Shown here: positions 17,349 through 27,435 of the stretch, piece after piece
Position numbering within the stretch: position 1 is the first letter of the stretch
How the letters are laid out: the number at the start of each line of letters is the position of its first letter
Assembly (NCBI GenBank): GCA_965213675.1
Contig: OZ243916.1
Coordinates: 672,001-736,000, forward strand
DNA from: an uncultured Candidatus Binatia bacterium
GTDB lineage: Bacteria; Desulfobacterota; Binatia; UBA9968; JAJDTQ01
Length of the DNA stretch: 64,000 nt
Direction of reading: 5' to 3'
Notes under the pieces: generated by a model
The model's input: only the letters and a program-made list of their open reading frames with translations
Told to the model about the DNA's origin: nothing
Databases searched by the model: none
Program-made: the position numbers and the translations under genes

Positions 17349-18776
17349 ATGACAAACGCAACGCTCGTCCGCCGTTTGCGGAATATCGTGGGCGACGACG
17401 GCGTGGTCTCCCACGCCACGGAGTTGAGCGTCTACGACTGCGACGGCTACACGCTGGAGAAGTCCGCCCCGGAGATCGTGGCGCTGCCGCGCTCCACCGG
17501 GGAAACGGCCGCGGTGCTGAAGCTCCTTCACGCCGAAGGCGTGCCGTTCGTGCCCCGGGGCACGGGCACGGGTCTGAGCGGCGGCTGCCTCCCCCTGGGC
17601 GCGCCGGTGATGGTGAGCCTCACTCGCATGAACCGGATCCTGGAGCTGGATCCCGCCAATCGGCGCGCGGTGGTGGAGAGCGGCGTGATCAACGCTTGGG
17701 TGACCCGGGCAGCCGCGCCCCATGGCCTCTACTACGCGCCGGACCCGTCGAGCCAGATGGCCTGTTCCATCGGCGGCAACGTGGCAGAGAACTCCGGTGG
17801 CCCCCACACCCTGAAATACGGCGTCACCACCAACCACGTGCTGGGCGTCACTCTGGTGCTGCCGGACGGCGAGGTGGTGCGTCTCGGCGGCCTGACGGAG
17901 GACCCGCCGGGGTACGATCTGCTGGGCGTCACCGTGGGCTCGGAGGGCACCTTCGGCATCGTCACCGAGGCGGTGCTCAGGCTGTGCCCGCGGCCCCAGG
18001 CGTACAAGACGCTGCTGGCGGTGTTCGATTCCGTGGCGGACGGCAGCGCCGCGGTTTCCGGCATCGTCGCCAGCGGCATCGTTCCCGCCGCCCTGGAGAT
18101 GCTCGACCGTCTCATTATCCAGGCGGTGGAAGACGCGTTTCATTTCGGTTTCCCGCGGGAAGCCGGGGCGGTGCTGATTGCGGAACTGGATGGACTCGAG
18201 GCCGGACTCGAGGCAGCCGCGGCGAGGATTCGCGAGGTCTGTCAGCGTCACGGCGCCACTGAAATACGGGTGGCCCGGGACGACCGCGAGCGGGAAGCCT
18301 TGTGGAAGTGCCGCAAGCGGGCGTTCGGCGCCCTCGGGCGTCTGGCGCCCAACTATTGTTGTCAGGACGGAGTGGTGCCGCCAACGCGGCTGCCCGAGAT
18401 CATGGAACGGATCGCGGCCATCGGCGACGCCTACGATCTTCGCATTGGCAACGTCTTCCACGCCGGCGACGGCAACATCCACCCGATTCTTCTCTACGAC
18501 GAGCGCGACCCGGATCAGACAGCGAGGGTGGTGGCCGCCGGCCGCGAGATTCTCCGGGAGTGCGTGGCGCTCGGCGGCAGCCTCACCGGCGAACACGGCA
18601 TCGGCGTGGAGAAGGTGGCGCTGATGCCGTTGATCTTCACTCGCGACGACCTGAACCTCATGGAGCAGGTCCGTTCGGTGTTCGATGCCGGGGACCGCTG
18701 CAATCCCAACAAGATATTCCCGTCCGCGGAACGCCACGTGGAGGTGCGCGCGCCGCGGCGTCAGGCCGCCATGTAG
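17349..18776 (+). CDS. glcD: Glycolate oxidase FAD-linked subunit GlcD-like
   Basis: PRGTGTGLSGG, APDPSSQ, KYGVTT, HAGDGNIHP, TGEHGIG; followed by glcE/glcF. Confidence 0.88.
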   Translation: MTNATLVRRLRNIVGDDGVVSHATELSVYDCDGYTLEKSAPEIVALPRSTGETAAVLKLLHAEGVPFVPRGTGTGLSGGCLPLGAPVMVSLTRMNRILELDPANRRAVVESGVINAWVTRAAAPHGLYYAPDPSSQMACSIGGNVAENSGGPHTLKYGVTTNHVLGVTLVLPDGEVVRLGGLTEDPPGYDLLGVTVGSEGTFGIVTEAVLRLCPRPQAYKTLLAVFDSVADGSAAVSGIVASGIVPAALEMLDRLIIQAVEDAFHFGFPREAGAVLIAELDGLEAGLEAAAARIREVCQRHGATEIRVARDDREREALWKCRKRAFGALGRLAPNYCCQDGVVPPTRLPEIMERIAAIGDAYDLRIGNVFHAGDGNIHPILLYDERDPDQTARVVAAGREILRECVALGGSLTGEHGIGVEKVALMPLIFTRDDLNLMEQVRSVFDAGDRCNPNKIFPSAERHVEVRAPRRQAAM

Positions 18777-18842
18777 GAGGCGTCGCGCGGATTCGCGGGA
18801 CACGCCACTGAATCGTTCACGACGATACCCGCGAGGTCAGCC

Positions 18843-20180
18843 TTGGCAAACCATGCAACCGATCACGTCGCGCCCGCGCCGGACTGGGCCGGGTTCGACG
18901 CCGACCTGCGGCAGTGGCCCGACGTTCCAGCCGGTGCGGCGGCCGCCGCGCGGTTCACCATCGGAGGCGTGCGCCCCGAGCGGGTGCTCCGCCCGGTGTC
19001 GGAAGCTCAGGTCTGCCGGATCATGGAGATCGCATCGGCCCGCGGGGTGGCGGTGGCGCCCGCGGGACTGGGCGCGCGCCTGGGATCGGGGACGCCGCCA
19101 CGGCGGCCCTTTGCCGTGGTCTCCTTGAGTTCGCTGAACGCTTGGGTGGATCATCAGCCCGCCAACATGACCCTCACGGCCCAGGCCGGGATGACCCTCG
19201 CGGACCTCCAGGCGGCGGCTGCCCGTGGCGGACAATGGCTGCCCGTGGATCCGCCCCTGCCCGCGGCTACCAGCGTGGGCGGTCTGATCGCCGCCAATCC
19301 GAGCGGACCGCTGCGCTATTCGCAAGGCACCGTCCGGGATCTCCTCATCGGCATCACGGTGGTGCGCGCGGACGGGACGCGGGTCAAGAGCGGCGGCAGG
19401 GTGGTCAAGAACGTGGCGGGCTACGATTTGGGGAAGCTCTACTGCGGCTCCATGGGCACGCTGGGCGTCGTGGTGGAAGCCACCTTCAAGGTGCGCGCCC
19501 TGCCGGAGGCCACCGCGGCGGCGCGCATGACCTGCGGCGGCGCGGCGCGGGCGCGAGCGTTGTTGGAACGCATCCTGGCGCCACCGCTGGAACCCGCATT
19601 CGTGGAATTGACGGCGCGCGTTCCCGGAGCCGCCTCGGAGTGTGTGCTCGTGGTGGGATTCGCCGGCTCCCGGGACGACGTGGCCTTCCAGGCGGACACG
19701 CTGAAGTCCTGGGTCGCAGCGGACTGCCGGCTGGAGACCCTGGCGGACGCGGAGAGGGAGTCCGTCCTGGCGGAGTTGCGGGACGCCCGCGCCGCCGCAG
19801 GCGCGGTCTGCGTTCTCAAGGTGAGCGTGCTCCCGGCCCGTCTCACGGACTTCATCCATGTGCTGGAAGACGAGAGCCGGAGCAGCCGCCTGGCCCTGGC
19901 CGTTCAGGCCCATGCCGGCAACGGCATCGTTCACGTCCGCGTGTCCCGGCCGGAGGGACGTGACCCGCGGGAGCCGGTGCGGCGCGCGGTGGAGCGCTTG
20001 CGCGGTCAGGCTGCGGCGCTGGGCGGCACACTGGTGGTGGAGCAGGCCGACCCCGAGGTCAGACCGGCGCTGGACCTGTGGGGCGGCGGCATCGAGGGCC
20101 TGGCGCTGATGCGGCGCGTCAAGGAGACCCTGGACCCCGGCGGCGTGTTGTCGCCCGGGTGCTTCGTGGGCGGGATCTGA
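18843..20180 (+). CDS. glcE: Glycolate oxidase FAD-binding subunit GlcE-like
   Basis: SGGRVVKNVAGYDLGKL, GSMGTLG; TTG start with GAGG SD. Confidence 0.85.
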   Translation: MANHATDHVAPAPDWAGFDADLRQWPDVPAGAAAAARFTIGGVRPERVLRPVSEAQVCRIMEIASARGVAVAPAGLGARLGSGTPPRRPFAVVSLSSLNAWVDHQPANMTLTAQAGMTLADLQAAAARGGQWLPVDPPLPAATSVGGLIAANPSGPLRYSQGTVRDLLIGITVVRADGTRVKSGGRVVKNVAGYDLGKLYCGSMGTLGVVVEATFKVRALPEATAAARMTCGGAARARALLERILAPPLEPAFVELTARVPGAASECVLVVGFAGSRDDVAFQADTLKSWVAADCRLETLADAERESVLAELRDARAAAGAVCVLKVSVLPARLTDFIHVLEDESRSSRLALAVQAHAGNGIVHVRVSRPEGRDPREPVRRAVERLRGQAAALGGTLVVEQADPEVRPALDLWGGGIEGLALMRRVKETLDPGGVLSPGCFVGGI

Positions 20181-20257
20181 GGCACGGACGCGGCATCGCC
20201 GGACGGAAAGTTCCGAACGGAGGACCGGGGACAAGAGCATGCCTGACCGGTTGAATC

Positions 20258-21532
20258 ATGAGTGACCGGATCGCCGACTTTGAAAGCTCGGGGAACTGCG
20301 TCCATTGCGGGCTGTGCATCGGGTCGTGCCCGACCTTCCTGGAACTCGGGACGGAGATGGACTCGCCGCGGGGGCGCATCCAGCTCATGCGTTCCCTGGA
20401 CGAAGGGAAGGTGGCGCTGGACGATACCAGCGTGCGGCACCTGGATCTCTGTCTTGGCTGCCGCGCGTGCGAGACCACCTGTCCATCGGGCGTGCGTTAC
20501 GGCGCGCTGATCGAGGGCGCCCGCGCCTTCGTGGAAACCCGCCATCGCCGCTCCTGGTGGGATCGGGCGAAGCGCGGGTTGATGAACCGGGCCTTCCCCA
20601 GTCCCTCCGTCATGAGGATGTTCGGGTGGGCGGCGCGCTGGATGGCGCGGCTGGGGCTTCCGCGTCTGGCCCGGACGGCGTGGTTGCCGGCGTCCGTGCG
20701 CCGGCCGCTGCGCTATCTGCCGGGTCCGGAGGCGCCTTTCCGCTCTGTGACCCTTCCCGAGGTAGTTGTGCCCAGCGGTCCCACGCGCCGCCGCGTCGGC
20801 CTTCTGGCCGGATGCGTCATGCAGAGCCTGTTCGGCCATACGCATTCCAGCACGGTGCGACTCTTGACGGAGCACGGTTGCGAGGTCCGGGTTCCCAAGG
20901 GCGCCGGTTGCTGCGGCGCGTTGCTGCTGCACAATGGCGACAAGGAGCGCGGTCTGGCGCTGGCGCGCCGCACCATCGATGCCTTCGATGCCTTGGACGT
21001 GGACGCCGTGCTGACCAACGCGGCCGGTTGCGGCGCGGCCATCCGCGAGTATGCCGCGCATTTCGGCAAGGATCCCGCATATCGGGCCGGCGCCGAACGT
21101 GTTGCCGCCAAGGTGCGGGATGTGACAGAGTTCCTTCACGGTCTGCCTGAGTTCGCGGCCAGAAGGAGTGTGCACGTCAAGGTGGCCTATCATGACGCGT
21201 GCCACCTGTTGAACGGGCAGGGCGTGGGGGCGCAGCCGCGTGAGCTGCTCAAGAACATTCCTGGTGTCGAGTGGGTGGATCTCCACGAGGCCGAGGTATG
21301 TTGCGGCAGTGCGGGGACTTACAATCTCACGGAACCGGAGTTGGCCGGGCGGTTGGCTGCGCGAAAGGCCAGAAATGTGATGGAGACCGGAGCGGACGTG
21401 CTGGTGACCGGCAATCCCGGGTGCATCCTCCAGATTCAGGCGGCGCTCCGGGACCAGGGGTCGTCCATCCGCGTGATGCACACGGCCGACATTCTGGCTC
21501 AAGCCTACACCCGTGTCCTGTCTCACGAATAG
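20258..21532 (+). CDS. glcF: Glycolate oxidase iron-sulfur subunit GlcF-like
   Basis: CVHCGLCIGSCP, CLGCRACETTCPSG, two CCG domains, YHDACHL. Confidence 0.9.
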   Translation: MSDRIADFESSGNCVHCGLCIGSCPTFLELGTEMDSPRGRIQLMRSLDEGKVALDDTSVRHLDLCLGCRACETTCPSGVRYGALIEGARAFVETRHRRSWWDRAKRGLMNRAFPSPSVMRMFGWAARWMARLGLPRLARTAWLPASVRRPLRYLPGPEAPFRSVTLPEVVVPSGPTRRRVGLLAGCVMQSLFGHTHSSTVRLLTEHGCEVRVPKGAGCCGALLLHNGDKERGLALARRTIDAFDALDVDAVLTNAAGCGAAIREYAAHFGKDPAYRAGAERVAAKVRDVTEFLHGLPEFAARRSVHVKVAYHDACHLLNGQGVGAQPRELLKNIPGVEWVDLHEAEVCCGSAGTYNLTEPELAGRLAARKARNVMETGADVLVTGNPGCILQIQAALRDQGSSIRVMHTADILAQAYTRVLSHE

Positions 21533-21723
21533 CGTGGTGACTCTGCGAGGCATTTCCGACCGCCGACGGCGTGGATCATCCTCGCGCGTGACCGCCACGG
21601 CGCGTCAGCGCGCCCTGCCGGCAGCGGAAATCCCCGCGCATCGTCTTGACGCTGTTTGCAAGAGAGGACACGCACGGCGAGGCGGCGCAGCATTCAGCCG
21701 GCACACCCGAAACGGAGGATCCC

Positions 21724-22860
21724 ATGAGAGATGGCATTCGCATACTCGACAGCGACATGCACGTGTTCGAGCCCCACGATCTCTACCTGACCTACATGAA
21801 TCCCAAGTGGGGCGACCGCATCCCGCGCGGCGAAGTGCGGCGAAAGCGTGAGGACAAGGGACTGACGCTGCACGGTATGACGCGCTACGTGTTGGGCGAC
21901 GGCACGCCGATACGCACCCCGGGGAAGGTGGTGAAGTTCCACGAGCAACGCCAGAAGGACGCCTACATCAAACCCGCGAGCCAGAACTACAACAACGTCT
22001 CGCAGGTCGAGGCCATGGATGAGGAAGGGCTGGACGTGGCGGTGCAGTTTCGTACCTCGCCGCTGCATACCAACGAGGACTTCGAGCCGGAGTACGCCAA
22101 CGACCTGTGCAAGGCCTGGAACGACTGGATGCACGATTTCTGCAGCGTCGATACGTCGCGCCTCAAGGGTTCGGCGCTGATCACGCTGCACGACGTGGAC
22201 CTCGCGGTTGAAGAAGCAAGGCGGTCGGTGAAGGAACTGGGCGCCATCGGGTTGTCGCTGTGTCCGGAGCCCATCAACGGACGCCATATCCACGACCGGT
22301 GTTTCGACCCGTTGTGGGCGGAGGCCGTCGACCTCGACGTGCCCATCTGCTTCCATCCGCCGGCCCGGCCCAACCAGATTCAGGTGTCGCGGCGCTTCGA
22401 GGGTCATCCCAACGAGGAACTGCTGGTGAATCCCCTGCGCAACCCGGTGGAGCTGATCCTGGCCGTCAGCGCGTTCTGCGCCGGCGGCGTGCTGGAGAAG
22501 TTCCCCAAGCTGCGGGTCGCTTTCCTGGAAGGCAACTGTAGCTGGCTGCCGTGGCTGATGTACCGCCTGGACGAGTACTGCGAACTTCAGGGGGCCATGG
22601 CGGACATCCCGTTGCGCAAAAAACCCAGCGAGTACTTTCGAGAGCAGTGCTTCATCTCGGCGGACGTGGACGAAGCGCTGGTGGTGCAAGTCATCGACAC
22701 CATGGGAGACGACAACATCGTCTTCTCCACGGACTACCCGCACATCGATTCGCGCTGGCCGGAGGCCGTCTCCACCTTCACGTCCATCCCCGGGCTGAAG
22801 AAGGAATCCCTGGAGAAGATCCTCTGGAGTAATTGCGCGCGGCTGTATGGCTTGGAGTAG
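21724..22860 (+). CDS. Amidohydrolase_2-family metalloprotein
   Basis: Start MRDGIRILDSDMH with GGAGG SD; CFHP, FLEGN, STDYPHID. Confidence 0.9.
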   Translation: MRDGIRILDSDMHVFEPHDLYLTYMNPKWGDRIPRGEVRRKREDKGLTLHGMTRYVLGDGTPIRTPGKVVKFHEQRQKDAYIKPASQNYNNVSQVEAMDEEGLDVAVQFRTSPLHTNEDFEPEYANDLCKAWNDWMHDFCSVDTSRLKGSALITLHDVDLAVEEARRSVKELGAIGLSLCPEPINGRHIHDRCFDPLWAEAVDLDVPICFHPPARPNQIQVSRRFEGHPNEELLVNPLRNPVELILAVSAFCAGGVLEKFPKLRVAFLEGNCSWLPWLMYRLDEYCELQGAMADIPLRKKPSEYFREQCFISADVDEALVVQVIDTMGDDNIVFSTDYPHIDSRWPEAVSTFTSIPGLKKESLEKILWSNCARLYGLE

Positions 22861-22887
22861 GCGCCGGGGTGTGCGGCCTCGGCTCAG

Positions 22888-22959
22888 GAGTCTGTCGGTT
22901 TTCCCGGGAACCTGCTGCGAAGCAAGGCGTTGGGGCCATTCCATGAACCCGGCAGGCTC
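22888..22959. repeat. Decayed, internally deleted MITE family B relic
   Basis: GAGTCTGTCGGTT ... tggggccattcc ... AACCCGGCAGGCTC resemble family B ends and interior. Confidence 0.45.
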
Positions 22960-23069
22960 TCCGGCGAAAGGATGATGTGACACGAATGAGTTGGCAGGGG
23001 ACACTTTGGCATCCTCCCGCGGAAGTCTCGCGGGACCAATGCCTGACGGACTCCCGCGAAGTGCTGGCG

Positions 23070-24368
23070 ATGCCGGACATTCCGCTCAGGGAGTATGAGG
23101 ATCTGGTGCGCATCCAGGCGGTGGGGCTGGAGTGGGACATCGGCGCGCAAATCTACGAGCCTGAAGACCCGGACAGGATCGTCGTGGGCGCGGACGGCAG
23201 GAAGGCCGGGGCCTATCTGCTCTCCGGCGGCGACGGCGACTTCAAGACCATGGCGCCGGTGGCGCGTCTTCTGGCCGGGAAGTTCGGTTTCAAGGTCGCC
23301 ACCATGACCTATCCCGGCCGGCTCTGTCTGGACGATCCGTCGCGCAACTGGCCGGGGGACACTATCAATCCGGACGGCTCCATCCGCACCCCCATCTGGC
23401 TCACCGGCGAGAAAATCACCCCGGACCAGTACGAGGTGGTGAAGGACCGCTCGCTGCGCGAACGCTACGGCACCCGCACCGTGCTCCACGCCAAGCCCGG
23501 GACGAATTTCTGGTACCGCATGGCCGCATGGCCCGCGGCCTTTGAGGAAGGAGGCAGGCAGGTGATGTCGCGGAACCTGCCGGACGGCGAGTATTCCATC
23601 TACGTGCATGGCCACTCCACCGGCGGCCCGTTCGTGTTCATGCTGTCCCAGAGGGTGCCCAACGTTGCCGGGGTCATGGCGGTGGAGAACTCGTCCTTCG
23701 GCTACATCAACCAGGCCAAGCTCGCGCTCCAGGGTTCCCTGGGCGCCATCGGCAACTACGAACGACGGGTGACCGAGACCAGCCGGGTGGACCCGTTCTA
23801 CGAGTTGTACATACGCACTTGGCGCGACAAGGCGCGCTACATCGGCCCGGAGAAGCTGGGCCAGGATGGCCCCGTGGCGCTCATGCGCCTGCCGCTGGTC
23901 ATCGAGGAAGTGATGGAGGCTTGGGAAGCGGCCCGGAACGAGCCCCAGTTCAAGTGCGAGTACGTCGTCAGCATGAACATCGAGGCGTCGCTGGAAGCGG
24001 GCGCGCGGGTCACCGCGGAACGGTTGGGTGTGGACGAGGACGGCGCCGAAGCGTTGGTGCGCCAGTACCTGGGTTATGGGCGTGAGCTCAAGGGAGGCGG
24101 CGTGAAACCGGTTCCGCCCGTTCTCTTCTGCGTCACCAAGGACAGCCGCGACCACTCCGCCGGCTCGTATCGCGACTTGGTAATGCCCATGTTCGCGCGC
24201 ATGGAGCCGGCCCCCAAGACCGCGCTGATGCACTTCCAGGCCGGCGTTCATTCCTACTGGACGCCCGAGACGGATCTGCCCCTCGGCGTGGCGCCCGGCG
24301 TCGCCAAGACGTGGCACGAGGCTATCACCGGCGGGTACTTCCTTTCGGAGAACGGAGCGGTTGGGTGA
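23070..24368 (+). CDS. Hypothetical protein with alpha/beta-hydrolase nucleophile elbow
   Basis: VHGHSTGGP (GxSxG); late D (KDSRDH) and H (GVHSY) candidates; good coding style; start uncertain. Confidence 0.65.
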   Translation: MPDIPLREYEDLVRIQAVGLEWDIGAQIYEPEDPDRIVVGADGRKAGAYLLSGGDGDFKTMAPVARLLAGKFGFKVATMTYPGRLCLDDPSRNWPGDTINPDGSIRTPIWLTGEKITPDQYEVVKDRSLRERYGTRTVLHAKPGTNFWYRMAAWPAAFEEGGRQVMSRNLPDGEYSIYVHGHSTGGPFVFMLSQRVPNVAGVMAVENSSFGYINQAKLALQGSLGAIGNYERRVTETSRVDPFYELYIRTWRDKARYIGPEKLGQDGPVALMRLPLVIEEVMEAWEAARNEPQFKCEYVVSMNIEASLEAGARVTAERLGVDEDGAEALVRQYLGYGRELKGGGVKPVPPVLFCVTKDSRDHSAGSYRDLVMPMFARMEPAPKTALMHFQAGVHSYWTPETDLPLGVAPGVAKTWHEAITGGYFLSENGAVG

Positions 24369-24443
24369 CGACGGGAACCGGGAAACGGGCGTACAACCAA
24401 CGGGTGCGATGGAGGCAGGAAAGAGTGGTCGGGTCGGCGCGCG

Positions 24444-24996
24444 CTACAGGAACTTGACGAGGGCGACGACCAGGCTGCCCTGAGCGATCAATGCGCCGAA
24501 CAGCCATTTCACAAGGTCGGCCTTCACGGCCTCGATCTTGGCCTCAACGTTGGCGATGGCGGCTTTGGTCTCCAGCCGCAGGGCGTTGATATCGGCCCTG
24601 GTTTCCTGTCGCAGAGATATCGGCTTTGGTTTCCTGTCGCAGGGCGTCGATATCGGCTTTGGTTTCCTGTCGCAGGGCGTCGATTCCGGCTTTGGTTTCC
24701 TGTCGCAGGGCGTCGATATCGGCCTTGGTTTCCTGTCGCAGGGCGTCGATTCCGGCCTTGGTTTCCTGTCGCAGGGCATCGATTCCGGCCTTGGTTTCCT
24801 GTCGCAGGGCGTCTATATCGGCGTTGATGGCCGCGAGATCGGCCTTGATGGCCGCGATGTCGGCTTTGGTGGCAAGATTGGTGTTGAGCAGAGCGACCTG
24901 CTCTTCGGCGAGGGTTTCGGCCTGCTTCTCGGTGAAGCCGCTCTCGGTCAGGCGCTTGACGAAGCGATGAGTGTCGAAGGCAATGGCCTCAGGCAT
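24444..24996 (-). pseudogene. DUF1640/CCDC90-like membrane-anchored coiled-coil protein, frameshifted in its tandem repeat
   Basis: N-terminus FDTHRFVKRLTESGFTEKQAE...LATKADI; C-terminal TM LVKWLFGALIAQGSLVVALVKFL lies in another frame; span 553 nt is not a multiple of 3. Confidence 0.85.
24567..24822. repeat. 33-bp tandem repeat (about 8 units; encodes IDALRQETKAD/G)
   Basis: Units start at about 24567, 24600 (28 bp only), 24628, 24661, 24694, 24727, 24760, 24793. Confidence 0.92.
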
Positions 24997-25066
24997 GGAA
25001 TGATCCTATCAGCCTTTCTGGTACCGCACAAGAAAATACAAGGCACGATGAACAAGGAGCAGGAAC

Positions 25067-26182
25067 ATGGCGAGGAACGGAAATCGGGTATTCGACAGCG
25101 ACATGCATGTCTATGACGCTCAGGATCTGTACGAGAAATACATGAACCCCAAGTGGGGCGACCGGATCCCTGTCGGAAAGGCGCGCACCAAGCACGGCCG
25201 CATCGAGTTCAGCTTGGGTAATGGGGAGGTGTTGCGGCCGCGGGAGAAGCTCCTGGAGCACGGCGAGGACAACGTGGCGAACCGTTACGGCTACGCGCTG
25301 GAGCACGGATACGATGCGCCGTCGCAAGTAGTGGCCATGGACAACGAGGGACTCGATGTGGCGGTGATGTTTCGCACTTCGCCGCTCCATTGTGACGACA
25401 GCTTCGAGCCGGAATACGCCAACGACCTGTGCCGGGCATGGAACGATTGGATCGCGGACTTCTGCGGCGAGCGGCCGGAGCGCATGAAGGCGTCGGGGCT
25501 GCTGACGCTGCACGATGTGGACATGGCCGTGGACGAGGCCAGGAGATCGGTGAGGGACTTGGGGGTGGTGGGGTTGTCGGTGTGTCCGGAACCGGTGAAC
25601 GGACGGCGCATCCACGACCGTTACTACGATCCCCTGTGGGCGGAGATCGACCGGCTGGGAGTGCCGTTGTGTTTCCACCCGCCCGCCAACCCCAAACAAC
25701 AGCAGGTGGCGCGGGAGTTCTACGGACACCCCAATTCCGGCGTCATCGCCATGGCGTTGCGCAATCCCATCGAATTGCAGCTCGCGGTATCGGCGTTCTG
25801 CGGCGGCGGCGTGCTGGAGAAGTTCCCGACTCTCAAGGTGGCGTTCCTCGAAGGCAATTGCGCCTGGCTGCCGTGGCTGCTGTACCGGCTGGACGAGAGG
25901 GCGGAGCTACACGGAGCCCTCACCGACGTGCCGCTGTCACGGAAGCCCAGCGAGTATTTCCTCGACCAGTGCTACATTTCGGTGGACGTGGACGAGTACC
26001 TCGTGACGGACGTCATCGGCCGGCTGGGGGATGACAACATCGTCATCTCCACCGACTACCCGCATATCGACGCCCACTACCCGCACGCCGTCGAGGAATT
26101 CATGGCAACGCCGGGCGTGAGCGAAAGCTCTCTCAAAAAGATCCTGTGGGACAACTGCGCGAGGCTGTACGGAGTTAGCTAG
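25067..26182 (+). CDS. Amidohydrolase_2-family metalloprotein
   Basis: FDSDMH, CFHP, FLEGN, STDYPHID; close paralogue of 21724 and 32479. Confidence 0.9.
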   Translation: MARNGNRVFDSDMHVYDAQDLYEKYMNPKWGDRIPVGKARTKHGRIEFSLGNGEVLRPREKLLEHGEDNVANRYGYALEHGYDAPSQVVAMDNEGLDVAVMFRTSPLHCDDSFEPEYANDLCRAWNDWIADFCGERPERMKASGLLTLHDVDMAVDEARRSVRDLGVVGLSVCPEPVNGRRIHDRYYDPLWAEIDRLGVPLCFHPPANPKQQQVAREFYGHPNSGVIAMALRNPIELQLAVSAFCGGGVLEKFPTLKVAFLEGNCAWLPWLLYRLDERAELHGALTDVPLSRKPSEYFLDQCYISVDVDEYLVTDVIGRLGDDNIVISTDYPHIDAHYPHAVEEFMATPGVSESSLKKILWDNCARLYGVS

Positions 26183-26206
26183 GAGCGTTCGACCAAAGGT
26201 TCGATA

Positions 26207-27151
26207 ATGACGACTCTGATCACCGGGAGCGGACTCATCGGCGCTTCGTTCGGGCAGTTTGCCGCCGAGCGCGGCGAGCGGCTCGTGTTCGTGGACTTCC
26301 AGCCTCGGGGTGACTACCTGAGGCAGAAGCTCGGCGGCGCGGACTTTGTCTCCCTTCAAGGAGACGTGTTGGACCTGCCGGCCCTCACGGGCATCATCAA
26401 GGCCCATGACGTCGATACGGTGCTGCACACGGCAGCCATCATCGCCGGCCGGGTGGCCCGGGAGGGTTACTGGGCCTTCAACGTCAACATTCAGGGCACC
26501 ATCAACGTCGCCGAGGCGGCGCGACTCGCGGGCGTCAGGCGAATCGTTCATGTGAGCACCCTCAGCGTCTACAACCGCGCTTTCGAGGGGCCGGACCCCG
26601 TTCCCGAGACCCTCCAGCGGGGCGACAGCACGGCGTACGGCAACTCCAAGAGCGTTCAGGAATTGCTGATGGAGGCCTATCAGAGGCTGTACGGCTTCGA
26701 ATTGATGGTGGTACGGCTGGCGCACGTATTCGGGCTGGGGCATTTTCTCGGCGGGGCCGAGAGCGGCGCCATCACGCATACGCTGCTCACCTGCGGCCGG
26801 GAAGGCGGCGTGGCGAGGGTCCCGCGGCGCCAAGCGAGGCCGCTGGAGCGCATCTATGCCAAGGACGTGGGCCGCGCGGTGGATCTCGCCGCCACCGTGC
26901 CGGCGCCGCCGGTGAACGTGTTCAACATCGGCACCGGTCTCGTGACGACCTTCGACGAGCTGGTGGAGGCGGCGCGGATCATCTATCCGGATCTGGAGGT
27001 GGAAGTCGTTCCAGACGGCACGCCGCACGTGGGGCCGAAGCAGCGCCTGGACATTTCAAGGGCGAAGGAACACCTTGGCTGGGAGCCCCGGTTCGACCTG
27101 GAGGCCGCGTTGCGCGACTACGTCCAGGATCTGGACGCGCTGCAGGAATAG
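26207..27151 (+). CDS. NAD-dependent epimerase/dehydratase (extended SDR)
   Basis: LITGSGLIG, HTAA, NIQGTINV, YGNSK. Confidence 0.88.
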   Translation: MTTLITGSGLIGASFGQFAAERGERLVFVDFQPRGDYLRQKLGGADFVSLQGDVLDLPALTGIIKAHDVDTVLHTAAIIAGRVAREGYWAFNVNIQGTINVAEAARLAGVRRIVHVSTLSVYNRAFEGPDPVPETLQRGDSTAYGNSKSVQELLMEAYQRLYGFELMVVRLAHVFGLGHFLGGAESGAITHTLLTCGREGGVARVPRRQARPLERIYAKDVGRAVDLAATVPAPPVNVFNIGTGLVTTFDELVEAARIIYPDLEVEVVPDGTPHVGPKQRLDISRAKEHLGWEPRFDLEAALRDYVQDLDALQE

Positions 27152-27188
27152 GCGTCGCCGCGCATCGCCAACCCAAGCGCGGCCCTGG

Positions 27189-27388
27189 ATGGAACGCCAC
27201 GACCGGGCGTTCATGACCGAAGCGGAACGGCGCAGCGTCCGCGCCCACTGCCCGCCGTGGTGGGCGAGGCCGTCCAGCAACACAACGGACCGTGCCACCG
27301 CGTCCTTGCCGCGGCTTCTGCATGAGCGCATGGACCCGCCTGGGCATTGATTTCGCCGTGCTCTATCCCACGGAGGGTCTGGCCGGCA
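27189..27388 (+). pseudogene. Frameshifted internal fragment of another amidohydrolase gene
   Basis: ...PPWWARPSSNTTDRATASLPRLLHERMD then +1 shift at CCC (about 27335-27337) to RLGIDFAVLYPTEGL, matching the 'MDxxGIDxAVLYPT' strand of the family. Confidence 0.65.
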
Positions 27389-27435
27389 GAACCGTTTCAA
27401 CTGATTCGAACGGGAGACAGGGAAGGGGAAGGTTC

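Noticed and set aside
24567-24822. CRISPR array
   Set aside because: Contiguous 33-bp coding repeats with no unique spacers and no cas genes.
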